This document shows, one piece after another, positions 1 to 13,265 of a stretch of 64,000 nucleotides of DNA; the stretch's first letter is position 1, and every line of letters starts with the position of its first letter. Position numbers and translations under genes: made by a program. The stretch lies in contig JAUCBJ010001204.1 of the NCBI GenBank assembly GCA_032718475.1, forward strand, positions 40,618-104,617, read 5' to 3'. The notes below the pieces were generated by a model that searched no databases, was not told where the DNA came from, and saw only the letters and a list, made by a program, of their open reading frames with translations. Source of the stretch: Nemertoderma westbladi (Eukaryota > Animalia > Xenacoelomorpha).

Positions 1-1660
1 CGTCCCCTTATAACTAAGGAGTAATATCTCGATGTCGTCCCCTTATAACTAAGGAGTAATATCTCGATGTCGTCCCCTTATAACTAAGGAGTAATATCTC
101 GATGTCGTCCCCTTATAACTAAGGAGTAATATCTCGATGTCGTCCCCTTACAACTAAGGAGTAATATCTCGATGTCGTCCCCTTATAACTAAGGAGTAAT
201 ATCTCGATGTCGTCCCCTTACAACTAAGGAGTAATATCTCGATGTCGTCCCCTTATAACTAAGGAGTAATATCTCGATGTCGTCCCCTTATAACTAAGGA
301 GTAATATCTCGATGTCGTCCCCTTACAACTAAGGAGTAATATCTCGATGTCGTCCCCTTATAACTAAGGAGTAATATCTCGATGTCGTCCCCTTACAACT
401 AAGGAGTAATATCTCGATGTCGTCCCCTTATAACTAAGGAGTAATATCTCGATGTCGTCCCCTTATAACTAAGGAGTAATATCTCGATGTCGTCCCCTTA
501 TAACTAAGGAGTAATATTTCGATGTCGTCCCCTTATAACTAAGGAGTAATATCTCGATGTCGTCCCCTTATAACTAAGGAGTAATATCTCGATGTCGTCC
601 CCTTATAACTAAGGAGTAATATTTCGATGTCGTCCCCTTATAACTAAGGAGTAATATCTCGATGTCGTCCCCTTATAAATAAGGAGTAATATCTCGATGT
701 CGTCCCCTTATAACTAAGGAGTAATATCTCGATGTCGTCCCCTTATAACTAAGGAGTAATATCTCGATGTCGTCCCGTTACAACTAAGGAGTAATATCTC
801 GATGTCGTCCCCTTATAACTAAGGAGTAATATCTCGATGTCGTCCCCTTATAACTAAGGAGTAATATCTCGATGTCGTCCCCTTATAACTAAGGAGTAAT
901 ATCTCGATGTCGTCCCCTTATAACTAAGGAGTAATATCTCGATGTCGTCCCCTTATAACTAAGGAGTAATATTTCGATGTCGTCCCCTTATAACTAAGGA
1001 GTAATATCTCGATGTCGTCCCCTTATAACTAAGGAGTAATATCTCGATGTCGTCCCCTTATAACTAAGGAGTAATATCTCGATGTCGTCCCCTTATAACT
1101 AAGGAGTAATATCTCGATGTCGTCCCCTTATAACTAAGGAGTAATATCTCGATGTCGTCCCCTTATAACTAAGGAGTTATATCTCGATGTCGTCCCCTTA
1201 TAACTAAGGAGTAATATCTCGATGTCGTCCCCTTATAACTAAGGAGTAATATCTCGATGTCGTCCCCTTACAACTAAGGAGTAATATCTCGATGTCGTCC
1301 CCTTATAACTAAGGAGTAATATCTCGATGTCGTCCCCTTATAACTAAGGAGTAATATCTCGATGTCGTCCCCTTATAACTAAGGAGTAATATCTCGATGT
1401 CGTCCCCTTATAACTAAGGAGTAATATTTCGATGTTGTCCCCTTATAACTACAGTTATAGGAGTAATAAGCTTACTAACAGCTTACTCCTTACTAACAGT
1501 AAGGAGTAATATTTCGATGTCGTCCCCTTACAACTAAGGAGTAATATCTCGATGTCGTCCCCTTACAACTAAGGAGTAATATCTCGATGTCGTCCCCTTA
1601 TAACTAAGGAGTAATATCTCGATGTCGTCCCCTTACAACTAAGAGTAATATCTCGATGTC
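1..1660. repeat. 35-bp tandem satellite (CGTCCCCTTATAACTAAGGAGTAATATCTCGATGT), about 46 copies, running off the left edge
   Basis: The unit recurs with exact 35-bp period (restarts at 1, 36, ... 421, 841, 1261) with few variants. One interruption at ~1451-1500. No spacers between units. Confidence 0.98.
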
Positions 1661-2134
1661 TTCCCGTTACAACAATTATAGTTGTAGTTCGCTTCTGTAT
1701 TCTCAATCGTCCGATACCACAAAATGGTTGAGTTTAGCAATGAAATTTTTTTGTACATTGTTAGTTTACTTGGGGACAGTGTTACTAACTTGGGCACAGT
1801 GTTACTTAGAAACCACAGTGCTTTTAGAGTCATAGTAAATACAAATGAAAATAGGCGGGACATGCGTGATTTTTGAATATGAACTGAGTTTTTGATGTTA
1901 CTACCTACAGAACAGTTACAACCGTGTTATTCTCGATGAGACAATGCCAGTGACTTCTGAAAGAAAGTGTTAGTTAATTAACCCATTCTTAAATGGTTAA
2001 TATTTCCTATTAAAGTGTTAAATCCTTTCGACCCTTTCTTAACATCGCTGACGCTCGGTAAATAAAATGCCTCGAGAATAGTGAAAAAAAGTTCTAATTT
2101 TTTTCCCATGTAATAAATATTTAAATATACTTTT

Positions 2135-3214
2135 TTATGATAAATCAACTTCACTAAAGCTTTCAAATATAACCCATCCAAGATTATCAACATCCTTAGA
2201 ACTAAATGTGAAAATAGAAGAACATTCTAGTTTATTAACTAACAAATCGTCAGCTGAGTTCCTGAATAAAGGAAGAATTTTAGCTAAAGGTAACGCCTTG
2301 TCGGGGGAATTGTTTAAATCATTCCAAAGCATCGATTTGATTTGATTCAATCCAACTTCCAAAGAGTTATGTAAAGTTACACTGGTATCCCTCAGCAAAA
2401 ACAAACTCGATATTTCCTCCTGGACGCTTTTCACGAAATAATAATCTGGGTTTGTGCAGCTGTAGGTTTGGTAACCAGGACTGCAGGGTTGAGTGACTAC
2501 CGGGTCAACTTCCGAAATGGAGATCGATATGGCGTCAATTAGTCGCGAAACTTGGTTGAAATCCATCGATTCAGTCAACTTATATGTTAGTAAATAATCC
2601 CGGACGACTTCTGTAATACATCGGGTCAGACGGGGGAATTGGGTGTCGAAATAAACAGAGACGCAGGACATAAAGTTTGTTTGAGCATCGGGGGATATCT
2701 CTTCTACGAGTTCGAGACTCGACTTAGTAGAATTCGGTGAGTTGGAACTATTGCTGAGTTTGAATGTGAGCCCGGCGATGGCGCTTATATGAACTCTAAA
2801 TAATATATTAATAAAGCTAAGGCAGTAAACAGTTGCGAATGAACGACTCACGCTGGAAACCTTCAACTCATTCCATAATGTATTCCGTTGACGAGACGAA
2901 TCGGCTTTCTGTAGTCGCGAAACAATGAGATCAATGTTGAATTCCTCGTCCAAATGTCGGCTAGCATGAGCGAACAAGTTGATTGTGGATGTTGTCCACT
3001 TCACTTTATTTGTCGAATAATACTGCGACTGTTTACTTTTTCGCATCCAACTAGCCAGATTTAGTTGCGACTTTGTTCTCAAGGAATGAATCACGTTTGA
3101 ACCGATTTCTATGGTTTTATATATCCCGAATGCAGAAACTCCAACGATACCGGTACCGGTTAACCAGAACTTTCCTTTGTGTTTTCTGACAAATCCCTTG
3201 AAGTATTCAGTCAT
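2135..3214 (-). CDS. PEX3: Peroxin-3 (peroxisomal biogenesis factor 3), 359 aa, uninterrupted CDS
   Basis: N-terminal FVRKHKGKFWLTGTGIVGV resembles PEX3 FLKRHKKK plus TM. LWNELKVSSVSRSFATVYCLSFINILFRVHISAIAG resembles [36 protein letters not shown]. Also ISPDAQTNFMS and C-terminal LPLAKILP. Length is typical of the family. Confidence 0.9.
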   Translation of the reverse strand: MTEYFKGFVRKHKGKFWLTGTGIVGVSAFGIYKTIEIGSNVIHSLRTKSQLNLASWMRKSKQSQYYSTNKVKWTTSTINLFAHASRHLDEEFNIDLIVSRLQKADSSRQRNTLWNELKVSSVSRSFATVYCLSFINILFRVHISAIAGLTFKLSNSSNSPNSTKSSLELVEEISPDAQTNFMSCVSVYFDTQFPRLTRCITEVVRDYLLTYKLTESMDFNQVSRLIDAISISISEVDPVVTQPCSPGYQTYSCTNPDYYFVKSVQEEISSLFLLRDTSVTLHNSLEVGLNQIKSMLWNDLNNSPDKALPLAKILPLFRNSADDLLVNKLECSSIFTFSSKDVDNLGWVIFESFSEVDLS

Positions 3215-5185
3215 GATGGTAACCTACCCGTACAATATTCGTTTTAATTAATTTTAATTAATAATCTAATTTATTGTTCGACAAAAAAAAACTAACACAG
3301 TAATTATACTACTGGTCCGGGTACTGGTACAGTACCGTACTAGTACAGTACAGAGTAGTAAGTACCGTCAACTGGGGTCAGATTGAATAATTATTTCCAG
3401 CATAAATTTGGATGCGGTTTCTTACAGCAGATACAAATGTAAATAAACCATATTAGTTGTAACAATTTACACAGTACATTCCGGTTTCTACGGTGGCTGA
3501 TCTTTGCCAATTAATTTATTTTTTTTTATTTTTTTTCAGAAGTTCGATGGAAATTCGACGCAAAGAACAGCTGATTACTCTAAAAAATAAAACTATAGGC
3601 CTAACCTGTTCTATTGTGTTCAGTTTATTGTTTTGGTTAAAATAACGTGCTGCTGTAACCTGCTACTTTCCCTAAATTTAGAATTTAACATTGAGGCGGG
3701 ATATTAATTCGCCTAGATGGAATTTGCGTCCAGCCCCCCCCCCCCCCCCCAAGTCTCACAAAGTCACCAAGACGCTGCCTATGGATGGTCTATGGAGCTC
3801 CGTTCCGGCCAAAAGGGCATGTCATTTTCGGCTCAAGAATGTCATGTACTTTTGCTTTTGGCCAGAAAGAGTCCCATAATAGTCTCCAGCTGTCCAGCAC
3901 GTGTATCTGCCAAATTTCAGTTTGAACGGATAACAAATAAAAATTTATAAATATAAATAAAATAAAAATTTCGCCCTCTAGTGGCAAACTTTAGAAGTTT
4001 ACATGGAGCAGTGTCAAACAAAGACGCAGTCAGTTAACTAATACATAATTACATACAGTATATTCCAAGTTCCAGCTTAAATGAATTAAAATTAAGGAAC
4101 GGGTGGAAGGTTTTTACTTGCAGACATTTCACTCACTAGCACGGCAGACTGGGAGAAAAAGTTCTTATGATAAAAAAGGTCGATCTACTTAGGCGTCTTG
4201 TTGCTTAATGTATATTAATGCCATTACTTTCAGTTTCGCCTTCACTGTGGGAAAAATCCCGGACCCGTCCCTGATGTAAGTGTGATAAAAGCCAAATTCG
4301 TTGGTCATACATACACAGAGCTGTCAATACAAAGGATATAGAACCGAGACAGTGGAATATGTAATTAGAGTTATACTGTATATCTCGTGTGGTGCGCATA
4401 GACAAGTACAAGTATAACGGGAAACCAATTTCCTGTTCCTTTCTGTAATAAAAGATATTCTGGGAAAATAAACCGTACAAGTACACTTATTGCTAAAAAA
4501 AGTGAACCAATCTCCGGTGCAAAATAATGTTCTCTTTGTTATTATAGACAAAATTTAATTCATTTTTAATACACAGTAGGTGTAATTCAATATCACTGAT
4601 TTTGTTTTGAAGATATAGAATCCAGTCTGTTTACGTATTTATATGATTTTTCTGTAAGAATTCATCGATCCGGTCTCAATTTCTGTACGAAATTGCACGA
4701 CTAGGGATGACGTTAAATAGGTAGGATCCCCTGTATACTCAACGGAATCTCGAATTATACACCGCACAAAGTCGGTCTCCACTTTTATACTACAGTATTA
4801 CATCACCACGGTGTGGATCTGTTTACCATACGGGATACTCTTCACTCTCTGTCATTGTGTCCGGGTAGTTACAGCGACTGAACTTCTTTAGCAATAGCGT
4901 TTGGCGGCACGCACAGGTTAAAATTAGACTAAAGTCTGCAGAAATTTCGCAATGCTGTTTCCATAATGAAAACTCTTCAGACATTCGTGCAAACGCAAAG
5001 ACAGTGGTACAATGGGTTCATATATTCATACGTGATACAATACGAGGATATTCATAGCGCTGATGATGGGGTGGACACATCTCCACCATCTGGTAGCCGT
5101 TGCCGAGTCGTGAGTCCCAGAATATCAAACCAATCCTTGGAGAGAGATCTGAAATTGTTATCTAGGTCTTATTGGAGGCTGCATC

Positions 5186-5438
5186 CAGGACATTGCTTTC
5201 GCCGTGAGGACCAGCCAGTGCATAATCTTGTACTTTGGCAGCCTCATGGAATGAATAAGCATGGTGGACAGCCCATGACTTTCTTGAGACGCATCTTAAA
5301 GGACACTGGCCTTGAAGATGCGGATGATCTAGCAAATGTCATGGGTGATAGGGAGTTGTGGCGGTGCAATTTTGTCGATAAGCCGGCACAACATTCTTAA
5401 AAATGCAGCTGCAATGCAGCATGCCGATCCTAGTAGTA
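5186..5438 (+). mobile_element. 5'-truncated LINE (RTE-like) 3' end
   Basis: Encodes GHCFRREDQPVHNLVLWQPHG..DTGLEDADDLANVMGDRELWR, typical of a LINE ORF2 C-terminus. Near-identical to the 3' end of the minus-strand copy at 45213-45475. Ends in a (TAG)n tail. Confidence 0.8.
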
Positions 5439-5570
5439 TCCAGTGTTGCCCTCTTTGTGAATATCAGAAAGACCACAATTTTGATAGAAAAAATGGACTC
5501 GAACCAGCGGAAAAAAATTGAGCGTGATAATATTCAATCGCTGGATGAACCGGTAAGTAAGTAAGGTGAC

Positions 5571-5900
5571 ATGGACAAGGACTTTTGCTATCTTGGATCA
5601 AGGGTTCGGAGGTCTGGTGGAGATCTCCGAATTCGCAAATGGAAAGCCTGGTCTGCCATCCACAAGCTATCCAGGATCTGGAAGAGCTGTGATATATCAT
5701 GCTCTTTAAAGGTACGTCTTTTCGTGCTGCTCTATAATGGCAGTACATTCTTGGCTCGAACTGCGCTGAAGACAACAGGTCTCCGGATGGTACACATACT
5801 CATACACATTCTCCGGATGGTACACATACAGTATACCACGATACTGCGAAGTGTGCATAACATTTCCTATGATACACCCCATTACCAAGACCCAGCATCA
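5571..5900 (+). mobile_element. LINE ORF2 fragment (post-RT region), degenerate
   Basis: DFCYLGS..DLRIRKWKAWSAIHKLSRIWKS..LKVRLF, homologous to ORF 45454-45927. Confidence 0.75.
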
Positions 5901-7792
5901 CTCTGCAGAGACACCGCCAGAAGCTTGCTGATCACTGTTTCAGCCATCCATGTTAAAGTTATATATTAATCGACATGACGAATTCAGGGCGTTCATATTG
6001 CAGTTTTCAGCGAGAAGGTTATTATGATAAATCTAGGAGTTTTTTTTACCGCCCGTTTGTATATTATATACATAAATTACATTAATAAATAAATAATTTA
6101 TTATTTAAGATAAATTATTTATTTATTGGCCTAGGGAATCGCCTGCCAAAGTGGTATACACCATACTCCATGGTGATGGGGTGGGTGCGCGCCCGTCTCA
6201 CCTTTGCAGTATTCTCCGTGGAACTTTTGCGTGTCTTCGCTCCAGCCGAACAATGTGGCTAAACGGTCTGTAACGTCCAACCATATAGAAACAGGAGAAA
6301 AACACACAGGGAGAAGTGAGACCCTGATTGGCTAGAGAAGCGTGACGTGATTGGCTGACAGTACAGTAAGTAGTTACGTTTACGAATTCGTAAGCCTGGG
6401 CCTATATATTCTTATATTAAAATCCGGGATGTCCCCGGCGCTATAATATTGCCATAAATAAAATCATTAAAATCGACGCACATAACGCTTAAAATAATAG
6501 AGTAAGGGCACATAACATCAGAAAGTGGTTAAATTGGTCCTAATCAATAATACTGTTTCTATTAGGTTGCCTCAAGTAGACAATATGTGGGGGTTGCGCC
6601 ACATGTTGAATATTATTAGCAAGTAGACAGTATTGTAGGCAGTATGTACAAAGATATACCATGACACGGGGCCAACATGAATATACATTTCAAGCCAATG
6701 TTATCCAACATGAATATACATTTCAAGCCAATGATAGTACACTAAATAAGCCATTCAATATGACATATTATGGGATATACATATAGAATCATAATTCAAA
6801 ATTCAATTAAAAAAAAATAATAAATTTCGTGAATTGCTATTAACAACCGACGTAGCACTGGTACTGTACCAAAACTTCTTCGCCGCCGATATACAAAACA
6901 AAAACGATACCGGTATATAGATGTGAAATTGCTACGTTGGGACTGCACCAATAGCTTATTTCCACAGATATATTAAAAATCGATTTTACACGGGCACCGA
7001 CACCAGTATATAGATAGACAGAATTCGATACCGGTATATAGATGTGAAATATGCTACGTTTTCACTGCACCTAGACTTATTTGCCGCAGATATATTAAAA
7101 ATCGATTTTACACGTACACCAGTAAATAGATGTGAAAAATGCTGCGTATAGGAATTTAGAAGATTATTATACATACCGGTATGCATTTCAAGCCAATGTT
7201 AGTACTCGAAATAAATCATTCACTATTCTTTAGGCATTAAGATATTATTATGTGATATACATTTCAAAAATTCAAATCAAATTAAAATAAATTTCGTGAA
7301 TTAATTGTTATTAATCAAGCGACATAGCACTGGTACAAAAGATGTGAAAAATCCTACGTGTGGGGATTTAGAAATTCCTTTAATATCATTAATCTAGTGG
7401 ATATAGCGTAGTTTGTATTGTTCAAGTGTGATTGCGAGTACCAAGTGGTGAATTGATCCTTGGGGCTGATATCCGCCGTCTGGGCCATTTTTGCGGTTTG
7501 ACTACAATGTTTGGTTGAATATGGGTGGACAGCAATGGATAACAAATTCGGATTATTATATCTCCACGCTGTGAAATTATATGATGCAAATATGTCTACT
7601 GAGGGTCCCACACAATGGTCACACAATGTACTACCAAAGAGAAAAGCTAGTTTGGGATTCTTTACCAGCTATGTTGTAGCACTGACACTGTTGTAGCTAC
7701 TGGACTGGTATTTTTGCAAAAATTTAATGGTTTGGCTCTTTGGTACCGGTTGACTGGTATGTCTTCTTCTGTTGTAGCTACCGGTACCGGTG

Positions 7793-8719
7793 CCGGTGTA
7801 ACAGGAAAATATGCCCCCCCGGGAAATGTGCCCGGGGGGGCATATTTTCCTAGGAAAAAATGCCCCCCCCCGGGCAAATTTCCCTAGGAAAAAATGCCTC
7901 CCCTTAGGAAATTATGCCCCCCCTGAATTATACAATAAACAAAACTTATTACTACTAAAACTTACAAAAATTATACAAAACAATAAACAGTCACTTTACC
8001 AAATGAAGGAAAGGAGCAGGTTACAGAGGCAGGCCTTTCTAACCAAAACAATAAACGATCATTTAACTAATTGAGGGAAAGGAGCAGGTTACAGAGGCGG
8101 GATTTTCTAACCAAAACAATAAACAGTCACTGTAGCAAATCAGGGAAAGGAGCAGGTTACAGAGACGGGATTTTCTAACCAAAACAATAAACGATAACAT
8201 TACCAATTGACTGATTGAGAGAAAGGAGCAGGTTACAGAGGCGGGATTTTCTAACCAAAACAATAAACAATCACTTTACCAAATCAGGGAAAGGAGCAGG
8301 TTACAGACTTAAAAAAGCTTGGAGCTGCTCGGCGCCCACACAACACCACACACTCGCACTGCTGTTATACCAGTAGTTACTACAGTAGCCTACTGACTTA
8401 GATACTTCAGTATGCTGTTCTACATCCCTTACTGCCTTACCTGCTTACCTACCGGCAGACCGGTACCGTACTATTCTTCCAACTATTACAAGTTCTGCAG
8501 TTGGTAGATTAAAAGTGGCTACCAGCAGACCGGTATCGTACCAGTTTTCAGACTTTTGAGGGGGGCTAATTTTCCTGAGGGGAGGCATTATTTCCTAAGG
8601 AGAAAATGCCCCCCCGGGCTAAATTTCCTAGGAAAAATTGCCCGGGGGGACATAATATCCTAGGAAATAATGCCCCGGGGGGCATATTCTAGGGGGGGCT
8701 GATTTCCTTGTGACACCGG
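7793..8719. mobile_element. MITE-like element with GC-rich subterminal repeats
   Basis: Ends CCGGTGTAACAGGAAA and TTTCCTTGTGACACCGG form an imperfect TIR. Arrays of GGGGCA..TTTCCTAGGAAA..TGCCCC at both ends. TG on both flanks. No ORF. Confidence 0.7.
7975..8310 (+). repeat. Tandem ~70-bp repeat (AAAGGAGCAGGTTACAGAGGCGGGATTTTCTAACCAAAACAATAAAC), about 5 copies; decayed inverted relatives at ~9770-10150
   Basis: Repeated motif seen directly in the sequence. Confidence 0.8.
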
Positions 8720-11700
8720 TGCTGGTATTTTTTGCAAGAATTGAATGGTTTGGTACCGGTAGACTGGGATGTTTTCCGTATCTGACACATAAGGAATCCG
8801 CATGCGGATGCATCATCGACCAATCAAAATTGCTAATCATCCCCTTCTATTTGCTTAGAAATTGGAGCCCTCCTATTGGCTTGTTTAGTCTTAATTAAGG
8901 ACAATTAAGGATATAATAGTAATAGGCCTAAAATCAATTCTAAATCTATCGCGATATAAGCGTGTACTAATTTCCTGACAGCACCGTAAAGTTTCAGCCA
9001 ATCAGCGTCGCACTTCTACCTGTGTGTTTCGCTCCGTGTGCTTCTCTATATGGTTGGACGTTACAGACCCTTCTCTAAAGAATGAAATGAAACTCAGTAG
9101 TCCAATACAGTAATACATTCTTAATACTACGCTATCCAGTTTTCAACATCACAAATCCGATTGGCGCAAGTTGGCAAGTTCGTGATGCTGGTTCACAGTG
9201 GATAGTTGTTGTATACAGTACATCTTCACGTTTTCCAGGTGTGAGGTTGTATGTTCCCCCCCCCCCCCCCCCCCCCCCCCCTACCACCCATCCTCAGAGG
9301 CCTGTTCAGCCGTGATTCCATACCGGGCATTACAGAAAGTGGGTTCCAAAGAGCTGGAGCTGAATTAATTTAGATTTTGCTAGTCGAATACTTTTGTAAA
9401 CATGATATAGGTATAATGTTATTACCAAATGTACGTGCGTGTTTTGTACGTGCGTGTATTTAATCACCGTTTATTTCCGCTGGCTGTTTCCCTAGGGGAA
9501 CCACTGAGGGACTGAAGTGAGGCTGCGATACGCAGTACAGTCCACACCGAGATAGGCTAGGCCTACAGCAGTACAGTTATGTACAGTACAGCAGTAGGCT
9601 ATACAGTACTGTATATTAAAGAATAAATAATGATTAATTGAAAAATAACTATACCGTGTATATGATTGCGTGGGTATACCTGGAACGTGATGTTTAGGCC
9701 CTAAGAACTGTCTGGATATTATGGACAGTGAGCGGGGAAGGTGGATGTAGTGCTACATCGTTAATAAAGCCAACCTCTGTAACCTGCCCCTTTCCTTCAT
9801 AATTGTTATCAACATATTTTATTGCTTTGCTTATAAAACACCGCCTATAATCTTATCCGTTCCCTCAATTTGAAATAAATGTTATCGTTTATTGCTTTTA
9901 TCAGAAAAATACCACTTTTATAACCTGTTCCTTTCACTCAATTCGTAACGATATATTTTATTACTTTGGTTAGGTAAACCGGCCTCTGTAATAAATTTCC
10001 TACTCCTTTTCCAGAATTGGTATCGATATATTTTATTATTTTGGTTAGGAAAGCCAATAACCTCTGTAACCAACTCCTTCCATCAATTCATAATTACATC
10101 GTTTTTTTGTTTTGGATAAAAAATTCCGCTCCTGTAAAAGCATGCTTTCCTTCAATTAGATGTTTGTTTTAAGCGATATGTATACATATACTATTTTAGT
10201 TATCATGTTCTTTAATTGGGAAATTATCAGAGACTGTTTTAATTACAGTTTGTTTAGGCAATTGAATTGGGGTCACTTATCTACGTAAACAACAGCTAGC
10301 ATATTTTGCCCAACCCCTACCTACCCATTATTAATAATGGGAACATTATTTCGATCATCACACCGGTAATGAAGAAAATGATATAGAAAATGAATTGCTG
10401 AAAACAGCTTGATTATTCTCATCCAATCAAAATGTTCTAAAGTGTCTCCGACCAATAGAAATTCGGAATCAACTAGTACTTCTGTATTGTACAATAAGGC
10501 GGTATAAAACCAAAGTATAATGCGCTTATGAAGTTGAATATCACACAATCCAAGCTCAGTAATAATTACGGTACGTTTTATATACGAATTTATTTGATTA
10601 AGAAAGATTTATATTGGATTGGCTTTATTATATTGGACTGGCCTAAAATAATGCCTCTCAGAGAATTGATTTTTCTAATGATTTGTTTTATTTCCGTTTC
10701 TCAATGTTTGACAGGTTAGTTAATGTCTATGTCCAATTATTGGATATATTGTACACCAGCTTCATCTCACAGAGAGACAGGGCGGGGTAGGTGGGGGCGG
10801 GGTAGGTGGGTCTTTTTTTATTCTATCCAGTGCCGAATTTAATGGAGATTTCAAATCTGCAAGTAGTTTTCTCATATCTTTTCTCAAACTCAAGTTATTA
10901 CCCAAAATGTAAGAACTCGTCTGATTTTTGACAAGCCTTCGAGCAGCACGATATTTTACAATTGTACGGGGCCCTTTTCATAAAGGTTGTTTTACTAGTT
11001 ATATTATAAGTTTAGCAAGCATGAAAAATTTCGTTGAATTTCATTCATTTTTGACAAAGTTATTGTTGAACATTCACGTAAAAGGCTTTTTTGACCAATT
11101 TTTAGGCCAATTTTAACTGAAATGAGATGAAATTTGGTACACTTGTTAAGAATGGCTTTCTCCATACTTCGACTGAAGAAATTTAGGTGGAAATGCCCTG
11201 GAGCCTTTTTATAACAAAAAGGCCTAAAAGCCCTTTTTTGTCTTTTTGTTCTAAAAAGGCTCCTGAGCATTTTAGACAAAATTTGTTCAGAACAATTGGA
11301 TGCAGGGTTCTTCTGAACTTATATTCCAAATTTCGACAAATTTCAACAATTATTGCTGGAGAAATAGCCCTTGGCGCAAAAAGGCATTTTTGGCCATTAC
11401 GGAACCATTTTGGTGCCACTTTTAAAAATATATGGTTTGGTTATTCTTACTCAGTCCTGACGATGTTTAGTAGCACAAAAAATAATTTTCACCCAATTTT
11501 ATGGTCCAGAGACACACAAATGTGAGGTTTAAATTTGGGGGTGCTAAGGGAAAGTTTAATTAATACTACTGTATTACTAGAAAGCCAGCAAGCTGGCTAT
11601 AAGAAGACCGTCTATAAGACAACAAAACCGAAAAACTAAAAATGATAATCTAACCCCCAATCAAATATCAATCGCAATCAATATGTAAACCCCTCCCACC

Positions 11701-12961
11701 CTCCATGCAAGCCTTGGAGAAAGCAGAATTAATGCCATGACCAGTTCGGAGTAATCAATAGACAACCCACCCCAACCATTGGATTTACTGAGACTATCTG
11801 TACTCCAACCAGCTTGCTACCTGTCTTCCCAGCTAGCCAGAGTTAAATAATTATACAACGTTGCTATGATACAGAGAAAATCCTTCCCTATTCGCTACCA
11901 TAGGCAAAGTTCAGGCTGTGTGAGGGAATATTACATATTTATACACTATTTTATTTTCAATCAATAAATAATCATACATCGTTATATTAAACACTCGAAT
12001 ATAATAAAAACTTTGTGAGAATGGGACACGGCGAATCGACCTGTGCTATTTTTATACAGCAAGAGCTTACTTTTACCCGCTTAAATAATTAATAACCGAA
12101 ATAAGAACCCAAATAATCAATACATTTCTTTGTATAGTTTGCCATGAAGTAGAGCACTTCTTACCCTTCCAAGCCAATATCAATGTGCACAAACATACAT
12201 ACAGACAAACACACATAAGTTTTTTTTGACAGCAAGAAGCCCTGACGGTCTTCTAATTATCATTGTGATTGGCAGGTTACAGAGGCACCCAAAGCAATAA
12301 ACTAAACGAAATTAATAACGCATGTTACTGTTTGTAATCAGTCATAATTTGAGTCCATTTCCCTTGCAGATTCATGAAATTGATTGGTATGGCACCTAAT
12401 GAGTACATTTTTATGAATGTTGGTAATCCAATACACCAATGCAATGTAGGCAAAAGACTCCTACTTTATTTTTAAGCCAAATAATTAAGTTGGCCTACCT
12501 TGCTAGTTACCTGCAAGTTGGTCTACCATCTAGACCATTGCATCAGTTCAGCTAAATATTCATGTAAAAAAGTAATGTTTATTAACAATCTGATTATTTC
12601 TTGAAGGGATTCCTATTGGTTTGAGGGATTTTAAATTACATAATTTATGCAATTTAAATTCAATTTAGCCAATAATTTTGTTAGAATAAGAAATGATTAA
12701 GGCGGCAGTGTGCCGCCTTTGAGGGTAGGGTATAGGTAATAATGTGGTTATCTTCTTAATAGAAAAATCTCTGGTACGTCAAGAAAATAACATGTTAATA
12801 ACATGTTGACACATATTACATTAGCCCTACACTACAGGGCGGCCTTAATATCCAATAGATGCGCTCTTGTCCTCACCAATGTACTTTCCTGCCCACTATT
12901 GGCTTAACCTGATTAATTCTCACCTCGCAACTCCCTGTTGGCATTGTCCCTTGATGCTAGC

Positions 12962-13265
12962 CTTACTCCGCAATACGGGTGCTCCGCTTTACGGGTACTC
13001 CGCATTATCGGTACTCCGCGTTACGGGTACTCCGCTTTATGGGTACTCCGCGCTACGGGTACTCCGCGTTATGGGTACTCCGCATTACGGGTACTCCGCG
13101 TTACGGGTACTCTGCCTTACGGGTACTCCGCTTAAAGGGTACTCCGCATTACGGGTACTCCGCTTTACGGGTACTCCATGTTAAGGGTACTCAGCTTTAC
13201 GGGTACTCCGCATTACGGGTACTCCGCATTACGGGTACTCCGCTTAACGGGTACTCCGCGTTACG
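12962..13265. repeat. 16-bp minisatellite (TTACGGGTACTCCGCG)n, left copy
   Basis: Tandem 16-mer; the same array occurs at 36501-36968. Confidence 0.95.

Larger units (their letters stand above)
6265..9069. mobile_element. Putative non-autonomous DNA element bounded by inverted repeats (~2.8 kb)
   Basis: Perfect 25-bp inverted pair GGTCTGTAACGTCCAACCATATAGA (6265-6289) and 9045-9069, with further imperfect inverted similarity inward. No TSD identified. Confidence 0.45.

Noticed and set aside
1-1660. CRISPR array (35-bp repeat length)
   Set aside because: Units are directly adjacent with no unique spacers, there are no cas genes, and the context is eukaryotic.
10760-12260. Additional MITE- or Helentron-like repeats
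   Set aside because: The texture is repeat-like, but I could not define termini or TSDs from this window alone.
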